Source: an uncultured Chloroflexia bacterium (GTDB lineage Bacteria; Chloroflexota; UBA6077; JACCZL01). Taken from it: a DNA stretch of 64,000 nucleotides. Below, in pieces: positions 30,983 through 42,203 of this stretch. The stretch covers positions 160,001-224,000 of the forward strand of contig CAVXYC010000015.1 of the NCBI GenBank assembly GCA_963765765.1, read 5' to 3'. The notes under the pieces were generated by a model. That model did no database searches and was not told where the DNA came from. It saw nothing but the letters and a program-made list of their open reading frames with translations. How positions within the stretch are numbered: position 1 is the first letter of the stretch; every line of letters starts with the position of its first letter. The translations under genes and the position numbers were made by a program.

Positions 30983-32120
30983 ATGAAGCGAAGCACCGAT
31001 CGCATTCTGACAACGCATACTGGTAGCCTTGCACGTTCTCCAGAGCTTGTCGAGATGCTCCAGGCGCGCGAGGCCGGTGAGCCGCTTGATGCGCGAGAAG
31101 TTTGCGGCTACTGTGCGTCGGGAGGTCGCCGACACCGTACGCAAGCAAGTCGAGGTCGGTATCGACATCGTGAGTGACGGCGAGCTTGGAAAACCGAGCT
31201 TTGCTTCCTACGTCGCGGACCGCATTGGCGGATTTGGTGAGATCAACCCCGAGCTGCGAACGTCCAAGGACTGGGAAGTCTTCACTGAATGGTCCAAAGA
31301 CAAACCTCGGCCCAACATCAAGCGCCGCTTCTGCGATGGTCCGATCGAGTGGCACGGCGACGATGAGGTTGAGTCGGACCTTTCGAACCTGTCTGCTGCC
31401 GTAACCGCCTCAAAGGCCGTCGAGGCGTTCATGCCTTCAGCATCAATCGGGATCATCGCGGACGTCATGGCCAACCGACACTACCCCAGTGAGGATGCCT
31501 ACCTCACCGCGCTTGCTGAAGCGATGCGTCACGAGTACCGAGCCATCACGGACGCTGGCTACGTCCTTCAGATCGACGCTCCTGATGCCGCGATGGGTCG
31601 ACACATGCAGTTCCGAGACGATTCGTTGGAAACGTTTCGCAAGGCGACCGAGGCTCGGGTGGAGGCGCTCAACTATGCTCTTGAGGGCATCCCCGAGGAT
31701 CAGGTCCGCTATCACATCTGCTGGGGTAACAATGAGGCTCCGCACGTTCATGACGTCCCGCTGGCGGACATCATCGATCTCGTTCTCAAGGTGAACGCTG
31801 GAGCCTATTCCATCGAAGCCTCAAACCCGCGGCATGCGCATGAATGGCGCCTGTGGGAGTCGGTGCGACTTCCTGAAGGGAAGGTGCTCATTCCAGGCGT
31901 CATCGACTCGGCCACAAACTTTGTGGAGCATCCCGAGCTTGTCGCCGAGCGGATCGAGCGGTTCGCGCAGCTCGTGGGCCGGGAAAACGTGATCGCGGGA
32001 ACCGACTGCGGTTTTGGCACCAGCGCCGGGCGCGACCGCGTGCACCCAGAGATTATCTGGCCGAAACTCCGTTCGCTGGCTGAGGGCGCGGCCATTGCGT
32101 CAGAGCGGTTGTGGAAGTAG
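30983..32120 (+). CDS. Short cobalamin-independent methionine synthase II-like (MetE C-domain/epoxyalkane:CoM transferase family), paralog 1 (frameshift near 31085)
   Basis: RILTTHTGSL, SDGE, HICWGN, IPGVID, GTDCGF. Confidence 0.9.
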
Positions 32121-32865
32121 CGTCGCGTTGACAGCCGAGCGATGAGTGATGAGTAACTAATCGGCCAGCCAGCATACGGCGCTGCCAATTCACTCATTGG
32201 GTTCACCGAGCCGCCGGTGTACCTGGGAGCCGGCTTCACGGTGCGCCCTCCGTGATGCACCCGCTCGTCCGTTTTGAGACGTTTCATCACAACTCGTCCT
32301 GTTTGGGAAATTCCCCGGGGCAACGCTCCCCCTGAGCTATACTGCCTTCGCCGACGCGTGGCGCGAGCTAAGGTCCTCCGCCGTTCAGTCAATCCGCGTA
32401 TGGTGCGTGCGCCTGGGCCGCCTCATCATTATGCGCGGCCGATCGCGGGAGCCCCCCAATCAATTACGCTGGCTCGGTAAGTCACGGCTCAGAACAACGT
32501 CACAGCTCGAGCCACGTGCCGACGGCAAACGTGATGTCGTTGAGAGCCGGCCGACCGCTCACACAGAGTCGGCGTTCTATAAACCGCGCAATACGGGAGC
32601 CGTACCGACAGCAGTCAAACGTACCTCTCCAATGCCCGGATGACCTTGCCGAGCAGCGAGGAGGGCATCAAGACTGCGCGGCTTAAGTCAAGCCTTCCAG
32701 CGCGTCTACCTTCCCTAGAAGCCGTCGACATTCCGAAGCTTCCGGCGGCACAGTCAGGTACGCAACGCGTCCGGCTCCATGATGCCGGCCATGTAATCAA
32801 CCCAGAGGCGTGCATTGCACCAAACTCAACCAATTCCGCGGCGTAGGGCTCGGCAATCAGTGGGC

Positions 32866-33810
32866 ATGCTTTCAACTCTACCTCCGTGGAGATGGTCACT
32901 CTCGAAAGCTACATTTCTCAGCATTACTCTGCTCATTGCAGCGCTTATTCCGTCGCCACGCCAGGCTCAGGCGGCGGATCAGCATTTCCGTTACCTGCTC
33001 TTCCTCGATGGTGTCATGAGCAGTGGAGACAGGGCAGTTGAAGCCTTTCAGCCCATCGCCGAATCCCTCCGTGCGCCGGGCCGGCCGGCGGCCTATGACA
33101 GAGCGGCGTATTTCTCTTATAGCGGTAACTGGCGGGAGACGTGCAGTGCTACGACAGCAGTCGCGTGCCCGCCGCAATACGAGCCGCTCGATACCACTCA
33201 GAGGGTGGCAAGCCACTTCGCAACTCTAAGGGCGCAGGTGGCAGCCATACTCGCGGAAGATCCCGCCGCTGAAATCGATGTGATCGGCTTCAGCCTGGGC
33301 GGCGTGGTCATCACGAGCTGGCTTGGCACACCGCAGGATGGCGGAGGGCCGAGTGATGAAATGGCCGCGGCGATCCGTTCGGTCATTGCCATCAATAGCC
33401 CTCTCAGGGGACCTGGTGACCTTACCAACCTGGTGCCATGGAAGCAGGATGTACTCCAAACGGAGCTGATCTTCGGCAGCGCGGCGCCTGACCTCGATGC
33501 CGGATCGCCAATCATGGCCGCGGTTGCGCGCGGAGTGGCGCGTCGACCATCACGGGTCTATGGCATCGAGAACGTCGGCGACGTCATTGTGAACGGCATC
33601 CTGCTCAAAGGCGCACAGGGCCTCCCCGGCCTGAGCGGCTGGTGCGGGCGCGAACTCGGCCTATTTCGTCCGGAGTCACCCCGGGATATCTTCCCGAGCC
33701 TCATCAAGACCCACGGGAGCGCGCTTTCCGACGTCTTCGCGCTGGACCAGATCCGTGCGTTTCTCGAGCGACGGCCGACCACCTGTGGTCTTGCGGATCG
33801 CAGTAGGTAA
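32866..33810 (+). CDS. Secreted alpha/beta hydrolase-fold protein
   Basis: Signal-like segment ending AQA; DVIGFSLGG; INSPLRG; C-terminal His (KTHGS). Confidence 0.7.
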   Translation: MLSTLPPWRWSLSKATFLSITLLIAALIPSPRQAQAADQHFRYLLFLDGVMSSGDRAVEAFQPIAESLRAPGRPAAYDRAAYFSYSGNWRETCSATTAVACPPQYEPLDTTQRVASHFATLRAQVAAILAEDPAAEIDVIGFSLGGVVITSWLGTPQDGGGPSDEMAAAIRSVIAINSPLRGPGDLTNLVPWKQDVLQTELIFGSAAPDLDAGSPIMAAVARGVARRPSRVYGIENVGDVIVNGILLKGAQGLPGLSGWCGRELGLFRPESPRDIFPSLIKTHGSALSDVFALDQIRAFLERRPTTCGLADRSR

Positions 33811-34087
33811 GACTAGCACGCCAGGCGTTCATGCACTGATTCCCTGATTGGACGTCGAAGGGTCGGACTCTTAGTCGGACCTCGATCGGGTCGGCACCAC
33901 GGCCGGTTCGATTCTGTATTGCTCTCCGTAAATCCACGGCCACTTCTGTCAGCACTTATCGACGAGTTAACAGTTGACAGCAGGCGCCCCAGAGATGAAA
34001 GTTCCCATGGTGGTTGGCGGATCGTCTGACGAGTCCAAAGCTGTCGACTGTCCACCGTTGACCGTCAACTCGGGAGGATGCTTGACC

Positions 34088-35236
34088 ATGGCAACGATGT
34101 ACCGCGCGGATCACGTGGGGAGCTTCCTGCGTCCCCAGGAAGTGCTTGATGCACATGAGCAGTTTGGCGCAGGAAAGATCTCGGAAGAGCAGATGCGCGA
34201 GATCGAAGACGCGGCTATCTTGAAGGTTCTGGATCTACAGAAGCAGTCCGGAATCGAGATCTTTACTGACGGTGAGTATCGCCGATCGGGTTGGGCCGGT
34301 GAATTCCCTGCATCGGTCGACGGCTATGTCAACGCCGAAGTCCCCATCCGACTTGATTGGAAGCTGCCGGACGGAAGCGATCGGTTGACGGATCCGGCGG
34401 TCGTTGCCGCGATTCAGCAAGCCGTGCCACAGGCGTCCGGAAGAGTTGTTGGAGAAAAGCTGAAACCAAGGCGAAGCATGACCGCCACCGAGGTTGCTTT
34501 TATGAAGCAACACTCTCCGGGTGCATTCAAAGTCACCATGCCGGCGCCGTCGTACAACGTTGCGCGTGGCTGGAAGCCCGGCGTATCTGACAAGGCCTAT
34601 GCGTCCCGCCGAGAGCTGCTGGACGACGTCGCGCGGATCATCAAATCAGAGGTCGACTCCCTTGTTCAACAGGGCGTCACATACATTCAACTCGACAACC
34701 CCCATTATCCGGACTACATTCCCGAGGATCGGCGTGCTCAGTGGCGATCCATTGGAGTGGACCCGGACCAGGGACTGATTGAGGATCTCGTGGGTGATAA
34801 TGCGGTGCTCGAAGGGATCGATCGGAGCACCACCATCGTCGCCTCGCACATCTGCCGAGGGAATGGCCGCAGTGCCTGGCACACCCAAGGCGGGTACGAG
34901 CCGATTGCCGAGCAGGTCTTCGGCACGCTCAATGTGGATCGTTGGCTGCTCGAGTATGACTCTGACAGGGCTGGCGGATTTGAGCCATTGCGATTCGTGC
35001 CCAAGGGCAAGGTCGTGGTCCTGGGTTTGATCACTACCAAGCTTGGCGAGCTCGAGAATCAAGACGACATCATCCGACGCATCGAGGAAGCGAGCAAGTA
35101 CGTGCCAATCGAGAACCTGACGCTGAGCCCACAATGCGGTTTTGCCTCGGTGGACAAGGGCAATTTCCTGAGCTGGGACGAGCAGCGGCGGAAGCTGGAC
35201 CTGGTAGTGGATACTGCGCGGAAGGTCTGGGGATAG
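34088..35236 (+). CDS. Short MetE-like protein, paralog 2
   Basis: YRADHVGSFLRP, TDGEYRR, HICRGN, LLEYD, SPQCGFAS. Confidence 0.93.
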   Translation: MATMYRADHVGSFLRPQEVLDAHEQFGAGKISEEQMREIEDAAILKVLDLQKQSGIEIFTDGEYRRSGWAGEFPASVDGYVNAEVPIRLDWKLPDGSDRLTDPAVVAAIQQAVPQASGRVVGEKLKPRRSMTATEVAFMKQHSPGAFKVTMPAPSYNVARGWKPGVSDKAYASRRELLDDVARIIKSEVDSLVQQGVTYIQLDNPHYPDYIPEDRRAQWRSIGVDPDQGLIEDLVGDNAVLEGIDRSTTIVASHICRGNGRSAWHTQGGYEPIAEQVFGTLNVDRWLLEYDSDRAGGFEPLRFVPKGKVVVLGLITTKLGELENQDDIIRRIEEASKYVPIENLTLSPQCGFASVDKGNFLSWDEQRRKLDLVVDTARKVWG

Positions 35237-35264
35237 TAGCCAAGTCCTATTAGGAAATCACTTG

Positions 35265-35384
35265 ACCCTCACCCCAACCCTCTCCCAAAGGGAGAGGGAG
35301 TCACGTCGGGGGAAATCGAGTGCTCGAGCATCGATTCCCGCTGGCTGGCTCCCTCTCCCTTTGGGAGAGGGTTGGGGTGAGGGT
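35265..35384. repeat. Long inverted repeat (CCCTCACCCCAACCCTCTCCC family)
   Basis: 36-bp arm 35265-35300 with its reverse complement at 35349-35384. Confidence 0.85.
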
Positions 35385-35446
35385 GGAGCGACATCCCCAT
35401 GGCTATAGCGTCGTGACCACAACACCGGACCAGCCAGGAGTACAAC

Positions 35447-36340
35447 TTGCCACTCAATTCAATAGGAATCCTCAGTCCCGGAGATATGGGCCATTCCGTT
35501 GGCGCCATGCTCAGGCGTCACGGGCGGCGGGTGTTTACGTGCCTGGAGGGCAGGTCTGAACGAACGCGGATGCTGGCCGCTGAGGCGGGCTTGATAGACG
35601 CTGGCGACATGCAATCGCTGGTTAGGTCGGTCGACGCCTTGATTAGCATCGTTGTTCCATCGTCCGCAGTCGGTGTTGCAGCCGAGGTCGCCGAGGCGAT
35701 GGAAGCCACGAAATCCAAGCTTCTGTACGTGGATTGCAATGCGATTGCTCCGAGCAGCGCGCAGGCTGGGGCAGCCCGCATTGTCGGCGCTGGCGGGCGG
35801 TTCGCTGATGTTGCCATTCTGGGTGGCCCGCCCACCGAGAGCCCTAACACGCGCTTCGTGGTCTCAGGGCCCGGCGCATCTGAGTTTGCTGAGCTGAGTG
35901 ACTCCGGGCTCAACATTCGCGTGATCGACGGTGACGTCGGAGCAGCTTCCGGGCTCAAGATGTGCTTCGCGGCCATGAGCAAGGGATTGCAGGCACTGGG
36001 CATAGAGCTGCTGGTGACGGCCCGCCGGCTTGGAATTGAGAACGAGCTGCGTGAGGAGCAGCTCAATTCGCAGAAGGGTCCGCTGAGTCTGCTTCAACGT
36101 AGCGTTCCCGCAATGCCAACGAAGGCTCATCGCTGGGTAAGCGAGATGGAAGAGATCGCTCAGACATTTGCTGACACGGGCTTTACGCCAGAGATCTACA
36201 CCGGCGTGGCAAACTTATATCGATGGGTCGCCACGACGCCACTGGCTGATGAAACGCCGGAGAATCGAGATAAGTCCCGCGATCTGGATGGCGTCATCGC
36301 GGGGCTCGAGCGGGCGGTACAGCCACCATCCAAGAAGTGA
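35447..36340 (+). CDS. NAD(P)-dependent oxidoreductase, 6PGD-like/DUF1932
   Basis: IGILSPGDMG, DCNAIAP, ASGLKMCFA, KAHRWVSEMEEIA. Confidence 0.9.
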   Translation: MPLNSIGILSPGDMGHSVGAMLRRHGRRVFTCLEGRSERTRMLAAEAGLIDAGDMQSLVRSVDALISIVVPSSAVGVAAEVAEAMEATKSKLLYVDCNAIAPSSAQAGAARIVGAGGRFADVAILGGPPTESPNTRFVVSGPGASEFAELSDSGLNIRVIDGDVGAASGLKMCFAAMSKGLQALGIELLVTARRLGIENELREEQLNSQKGPLSLLQRSVPAMPTKAHRWVSEMEEIAQTFADTGFTPEIYTGVANLYRWVATTPLADETPENRDKSRDLDGVIAGLERAVQPPSKK

Positions 36341-36375
36341 TTGCCTTCTCCATCAAACCATGACATGCTCAATAT

Positions 36376-37547
36376 ATGAGTGAATATCAGTACTACGAGT
36401 TCGTGGCTATTGACAGGCCGCTCAGCCCCGACCAGCAACGAGAGCTTCGAGGGATCACTTCACGCGCAACCATCACTTCCACGCGTCTCGTCAATGAGTA
36501 CCAATGGGGAGATTTCAAGGGCGATCCTAGTGGAGCTGCTCGAGAAGTACTTCGATGCGCATCTCTACTATGCGAACTGGGGCACGCGCGTGCTGATGTT
36601 CGGATTCCCGATCACTCGTGGACGTTGACGCCCTTTCGGCATACGTGGACGACGAGTTTGTCCGAGTCATTGAGCGAGGCAATCGCGTCATCGTGGAGCT
36701 ATGGGAGTCCGAAGGAGATGGTGGATACGGTGAGTCTGAAGCGCCACAGCTCTCCGACCTGATTTCACTGCGCGGGGACATCCTCGCTGGCGACCTTCGA
36801 TGCCTCTATCTCGCTGCTCTGAAGGGGCTGGGGATCTGGATCGATGAGATCGAGCTGGACGAGGACGTCGAAGAGGAGAGCAATCTCGAGCCGCCCCTGC
36901 CCCCCGGACTTGGCCAGCTCAGCGCTCCCCTCGAAGCGCTGATCGACTTCCTGGAGATTGACGAAGATCTCGTGGAGGTTGCGGCCGAAGGAAGCCCGCC
37001 ATTGCCCTCGAGCGAGCTCACCAATGAGGCACTGGAGCGCTGGATTCGACGTCTGCCTGAGGGTGAGAAGGACTCGTATCTGCTTCGTGTGGCTAGAGGA
37101 GAGATCAACGTTCCGAATGAGCTGCGGCTTCGATTCGTCACAGAGCAGCATGCAGGGTCCACCAGACCTGTACCGCCACCACGCCGACAGGTGGCGACGC
37201 TTATCGGTCGGGCTGAAAGGCTCCGTGCTGAGCGCCGCGCCGCGGAAATTGCGCGACGAGAGGCGGAAGAAGCCCAACAGCGCGAAAAAATCGCCCGTGA
37301 GCGGGCGGCCCATCTGGAGAGGCTGCGTGGAAACGAGCAGCAGCTCTGGGGACAGGCTGAGGCCTTGGCAATGAGGAAAACGCCTGGTGACTACGATCGC
37401 GCCATCCTTCTCCTGAGGGACTTGCGTGACCTGGCAGAGGGTCGTGAAAAGCAGGAAGAGTTCTTATCGCGACTCTACGCCTTCCGTGCTGCTCACGTGA
37501 AGAAGCCATCGCTCATGCAGAGGCTGGATCAGGCCGGACTCCGGTAA
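36376..37547 (+). CDS. Conserved hypothetical protein (MSEYQYYEF family; frameshifts near 36525 and 36610)
   Basis: MSEYQYYEFVAIDRPL...YQWGDFKGDP / KYFDAHLYYANWG / GDLRCLYL...PPGLGQL...KPSLMQRL. Confidence 0.8.
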
Positions 37548-37565
37548 CCGGTTCGGGAAGGGCTT

Positions 37566-37655
37566 TTGAGTGCGGTGTGTGCGAGCACCGCTTTTCAGTC
37601 ATCTCGCACAGAGTCAGAGCATCTTAGAAAGCGGCGCTCCGTGCGCGCGTTCCAA
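37566..37655. repeat. Family C REP doublet (degenerate)
   Basis: GAGTGCGGTG...CACCGCTTT / AAAGCGGCGC...GTTCCAAG. Confidence 0.55.
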
Positions 37656-37717
37656 GCATTTCATGCCGAGTATGCGCAATCCATTTCATCCAGTCTCGGC
37701 GTTTCCCGGCGCGTTTC

Positions 37718-38605
37718 TTGCTTTTTGCCCCACGGCTGCTTCTCTTAGGCAGTGCGGGAGTGGGTGTGCGGACGTCTTCAAGCACCGAGCATGGTGTGCT
37801 GAGTGCTTCAGAATGGCTGGATACCCATTTTGAGGCCTGCCGTGAAGAGTACGTCAGCATGCTTCGCTGGGTCGGGTTGCAGCCTGGCTGGAATGTCCTG
37901 GACGCCGGATGCGGAGCCGGGAGCTTCCTTCCTGAAATTGCCAACTTATTGGGCCCAACTGGATCTGTCGAAGCGCTCGACCCAAATTACGCTCACGTCG
38001 CCGGGATACGGAGTCGGCTCACTGGTGCGTTCGAATGCCCCATTTCCGCTTCCGTAGGCGAGCTCTTGAACCTTCCGTACGAGTCCGGCCGGTTTGATGC
38101 TGTCTGGTGCGCAAACGTTCTCCAGTATTTCGAGGAGGACGAGCTGCGCCATGCGCTTTCAGAGCTGACACGCGTGGTTCGGACCGGTGGCCTCGTGGCC
38201 GTCAAAGACGTGGACATGCTGCTCGCACGCATTGGGCCTGGCGACCCATGCCTGATGACACGTTTAGCCGATGCCTGCTCGACGGCGCCTGATGCTCTCA
38301 CACAATCACGAGGATCGTTGCGAGGTCGAGAGCTTCGACATTGGATGGAGCGGGCCGGATTTGCGAACGTTCGTCAGTCCACGACGCTGATCGAGCGATG
38401 GGCGCCACTTCGTCCCGTGGAGATGCGGCTCTGGGATGCCTGGCTGGAACATCTGGCCAACGCGGCTCGTTCTCGCGACCTACCTTCGTCAGATCGCGAA
38501 AGATGGCGGAGTCTTGAGGATCCTGCGAAGCGCGCAGCGTTTGTTAACGATGAGGAATTTTACGCCTGCGAAGGCCAGACGGTCGCGGTTGGCGAGGTGG
38601 CATGA
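37718..38605 (+). CDS. Class I SAM-dependent methyltransferase (true start probably downstream)
   Basis: VLDAGCGAG, LPYESGRFDAVW, RVVRTGG. Confidence 0.9.
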   Translation: MLFAPRLLLLGSAGVGVRTSSSTEHGVLSASEWLDTHFEACREEYVSMLRWVGLQPGWNVLDAGCGAGSFLPEIANLLGPTGSVEALDPNYAHVAGIRSRLTGAFECPISASVGELLNLPYESGRFDAVWCANVLQYFEEDELRHALSELTRVVRTGGLVAVKDVDMLLARIGPGDPCLMTRLADACSTAPDALTQSRGSLRGRELRHWMERAGFANVRQSTTLIERWAPLRPVEMRLWDAWLEHLANAARSRDLPSSDRERWRSLEDPAKRAAFVNDEEFYACEGQTVAVGEVA

Positions 38606-39775
38606 GTCTCCTGAGTCCGTCCGCCGCGGCAGCACCCCTCGGTGCCGGGCAGGGATCGCCATCGTCGAAGTCACGCACAGACCATTTACGATCGGCGTGG
38701 CAAGCTCCGCAGAACCATCCATCCGGAACGATCGCGGCGTCGTACATTTTGCCAATCCGTCGGGATCATCCAATGACCAACGCCGAGCTGGAAGAGATGA
38801 CCCACTACCTGGAGTCGCTCGCTGCTCATCTGGAAGTCATAGTTGTGGACGGCTCGCCATCACAGATCTTTGACCAGCACAGCCAAGCGTGGGGCCACAC
38901 CGCGCGATTGCTGCGCCCTGAGATTTACACGCTCAATGGGAAGGTTGGAAACGTGCTTACCGGCGTGCGTCATGCCGAGCACGAGCGTGTGATCATCGCG
39001 GATGACGATGTGCGTTACAGCCTTTCGCAGTTGGAGCGAGTCGTCGGTGAGCTGGATTACTGGGACGTCGTTCGGCCTCAGAACTACTTTTGTCCTCTTC
39101 CTTGGCATGCTCGCTGGGACTCAGCTCGGTCGTTGCTCAATAGAGTGGCCGGGGGCGACTGGCCGGGCACCCTGGCAGTGCAAAAAGTCTTTGCTGGCCT
39201 TGACACGAGGTTACGACGGCAGCGTCCTCTTCGAGAATCTCGAGCTGGTCCGTACGGTCAAAGCGGTGGGTGGACAGGAAGCTATTCCACTTGACCTTTT
39301 TGTGCGACGCCTTCCGCCCGACGCAAAGCACTTCTGGTCTCAGCGCATCCGCCAGGCGTATGACGAGCTCGCGCGGCCGGCACGGCTTATCACGTGGCTC
39401 ACCGTCCTGCCCACGCTGCTCGCGCTTGCGGCCAGACGACAATGGGGAGCAATTGGCCTGGGGCTGCTTGGCATAGTGGGCTTAGCCGAGGCGGGTCGGA
39501 GGCGTGCCGGCGGTGCTCGGGTCTTCCCTCGAACGTGTGCGCTCTTTGCTCCCGCCTGGGTGCTCGAGCGCTCTGTGTGCTCGTGGATCGCCCTTGGCAT
39601 GCGCGTTGTTCGAGGCGGCGTACCCTATCGAGGGGGAACGCTCAGCCGGGCTGCTACTCCAATGTCTGTGTTGGAGCGACGTCACCGAGCCGCTCGGGCG
39701 GCTCTTCGACGCAGCCGTGGAATTCCGGTCGGAAGGGCCAATCAGAGTGGCGAGAGCATTCATGTCAGCCACTAG
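38602..39775 (+). CDS. Glycosyltransferase family 2 (frameshift near 39185)
   Basis: EVIVVDGS, NGKV, IIADDDVRY, VRPQNYF; then LFENLELVRT, FWSQRIRQAYD. Confidence 0.85.
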
Positions 39776-40547
39776 GCGAGCCAGTGCTCGCTACGCCACG
39801 TGCTATCGACTAGAAGATGGCCGACTGGTTCCAGCGTCGGACGAGGTGATTGCAATCGATCCCCGTGCTGAGCTCGTTCACGATCAGCTTCGGTCACTGG
39901 TGTCGAGTCAACGATTCTCGTGCCTTGGTGCCAAGGCGGCGTTCAGCGCGGGTCAGTACTGGATCGGTGTATACGACGAGATGGCAAGTCCGTCATCTAC
40001 CCCTTCTCTCGCCCGCGACCTCCAGGCCTTCTCCGCGGAGGAGACCCAGAGGATGCCTGATGACGGGACGTTTCGCACGTTTATCGCCACGTTCATGGGG
40101 CCGGTTTGCCCAGATGAACCTGCGTTCGAGAAGCTTGTTTGGAGCCAGCTTCAAGCCTTGCATGACCAGGATCAGCGCGTCCATGATTGGGACCCCGCAG
40201 CAAGCGCTGACCCCAGTGATCCTCACTTTGCATTCAGTGTCGGGGGGCGGGCGTACTTTGTGGTGGGACTCCATGCGGCGGCCTCACGTTGGGCGCGTCG
40301 ATTCGCCTGGCCTACGCTGGTGTTCAACCCGCATCGTCAGTTCGAGCGACTGCGCGAGCAGGGGTTGTTCACTCGGTTTCGTGACCAGATTCGTACCCGT
40401 GATCGGGCACTTCAGCAGGTGCTGAACCCAATGTTGAGCAACTTTGGTGAAGAATCGGAAGCGCGGCAGTACGCCGGGCGGAGGGTGGAAGATGATTGGC
40501 GATGCCCGTTCCAAGCCGTGGAGCGAGACGACCCTGAAGTTGATTGA
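39762..40547 (+). CDS. YqcI/YcgG family protein (GntA/DcsA-like heme-dependent N-hydroxylase family)
   Basis: FSCLGAKAA, FEKLVWSQLQALH, WDP, ARRFAWPTLVFNPHRQFERLR, SEARQYAGR. Confidence 0.85.
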   Translation: MSATRRASARYATCYRLEDGRLVPASDEVIAIDPRAELVHDQLRSLVSSQRFSCLGAKAAFSAGQYWIGVYDEMASPSSTPSLARDLQAFSAEETQRMPDDGTFRTFIATFMGPVCPDEPAFEKLVWSQLQALHDQDQRVHDWDPAASADPSDPHFAFSVGGRAYFVVGLHAAASRWARRFAWPTLVFNPHRQFERLREQGLFTRFRDQIRTRDRALQQVLNPMLSNFGEESEARQYAGRRVEDDWRCPFQAVERDDPEVD

Positions 40548-41133
40548 CCAGTTCCGTCTGGAGCCGCAGACCGGCCGCGGATTCGAGCTTCAACGCGGGC
40601 AGATTCTGCGCGTCATCGATCCTGAAGGTGAACAGGTCGCTGATCTGACATCGTTCGCTGCTGACGGATCAGGCGAATGGCTTTCGTCCGGACGCAGCAT
40701 CGACTATGCCAACACGATCTATCTCACCACGGGGCACACGCTTTATTCGAATATGAGCCGCCCAATGTTCACCATGCTGCAGGACATGGTGGGGCGGCAC
40801 GATTTTCTTTTGACTCCCTGCAGTCAAGAGATGTTCTGCAAGCTCTACGGAATCGAAGGGGCGCATCCAAGCTGCTTTGGCAACCTCGAATCAGCGCTCA
40901 CGCCCTTTGGAATTCAGCCCAATCAGATTCCCACGACGTTGAATATCTTCATGAACGTGGAGATCGACAGGTCCGGCGAGCTGACTATCGGTCCGCCCCT
41001 ATCTAAGCCAGGCGATTATCTCGAGCTCCGTGCCGAGATGGACCTGATCGTCGGGCTCACCGCCTGCTCCGCCGAGAAATCCAACAATCATCGCTTCAAG
41101 CCAATTGATGCGATGATCTTTGGGGCTCCCTGA
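40540..41133 (+). CDS. DUF1989 urea carboxylase-associated family protein
   Basis: VIDPEGEQVADL, LSSGRS, HDFLLTPCS, CFGNL, NIFMNV, LTACSA. Confidence 0.9.
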   Translation: MIDQFRLEPQTGRGFELQRGQILRVIDPEGEQVADLTSFAADGSGEWLSSGRSIDYANTIYLTTGHTLYSNMSRPMFTMLQDMVGRHDFLLTPCSQEMFCKLYGIEGAHPSCFGNLESALTPFGIQPNQIPTTLNIFMNVEIDRSGELTIGPPLSKPGDYLELRAEMDLIVGLTACSAEKSNNHRFKPIDAMIFGAP

Positions 41134-41224
41134 GGCTTGGACGGCGGCTGTCTTCACTGTTTAAAAGATCGGTGAAAATTGGACTGGCGGCAAGTCGCCG
41201 GGGCCATGGTGCCGACGCCCGAGC

Positions 41225-42203
41225 TTACGCGTAGCCGTTGGGATGCTTACTGCGCCACGCCCAGGCGCTACCGATGATCGATTCGAGGTCCGGATAGCGC
41301 GGCTGCCAGCCCAGCTCCTTGCGGATGCGTTCGGATGACGCAATGAGCGTGGCTGGATCGCCGGGGCGGCGTGGGCCGATGGTGTACGGGATGCTGCGAC
41401 CGGTGATCTTCTCCGCCGTCTCGATGACCTGTTTGTTGCTGAAGCCCGAGCCGTTGCCCAGGTTGTAGGCGCGACTTCCGCCGCTGAGGGCTTCCAGTGC
41501 CAGGATGTGCGCCCTCGCCAGATCCACCACATGGATGTAGTCTCGTACGCAGGTTCCGTCCTCCGTCGGATAGTCGCCGCCGAAAAGTGTGAACTTCTCA
41601 GTCTGCCCCTGGGCCACGCGTAGGACCAGGGGAATGATGTGCGTCTCTGGATCATGCGCTTCGCCCACGCGCTCGGTGGCGCCGGCGGCGTTGAAATAGC
41701 GCAGGGCCGCATAGCGAAGCTGGTGGACGCGGTCATACCAGTACAACGACCGTTCCAACATGTGTTTTGACTCACCGTACGGCGAGCCCGGAATGATCGA
41801 TTCAGTCTCATCAATTGGCATCCGCTCGGGCGCATCGAAAAGATTTGCCGTGGACGAGAGAATGAATCGACCAACACCGTGGCGAACAGCCTGGGCCATG
41901 AGCGTTACGCCCGCGTTGACGTTGTCTCGCAGGTACAGCTCGGGACGCTGCATCGATTCGCCAACCAGCGTGTATGAGGCGAAATGCATGACCGCCTCGA
42001 TGCCCGGATGCGTCTGAAAGGCGCGCTCCACCGCTTGCTCATCGCGTAAATCGCCCTCGACGAGCTCGGCATCAGGGTGCACCGCCTCACGATGCCCCTG
42101 ATAGAGGTTGTCAAAGACAACGACGGCGTGTCCTTCCCGGAGAAGCTCATCCGAAACGACGCTTCCGATATAAGCCGGCGCCACCGGAGACCAAGATCTT
42201 CAC
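41225..42203 (-). CDS. galE: UDP-glucose 4-epimerase (extra base near 42172)
   Basis: GTG start KILVSGGAG(Y)IGS, HFA, SSTA, PYGESK, LRYFN, RDYIHV, RRPGDP. Confidence 0.95.

Noticed and set aside
32615-32899. Minus-strand ORF with STAS-like phrase LDLSRAVLMPSSLLG
   Set aside because: Short resemblance only; the rest of the ORF is not STAS-like and it overlaps a divergent gene start.
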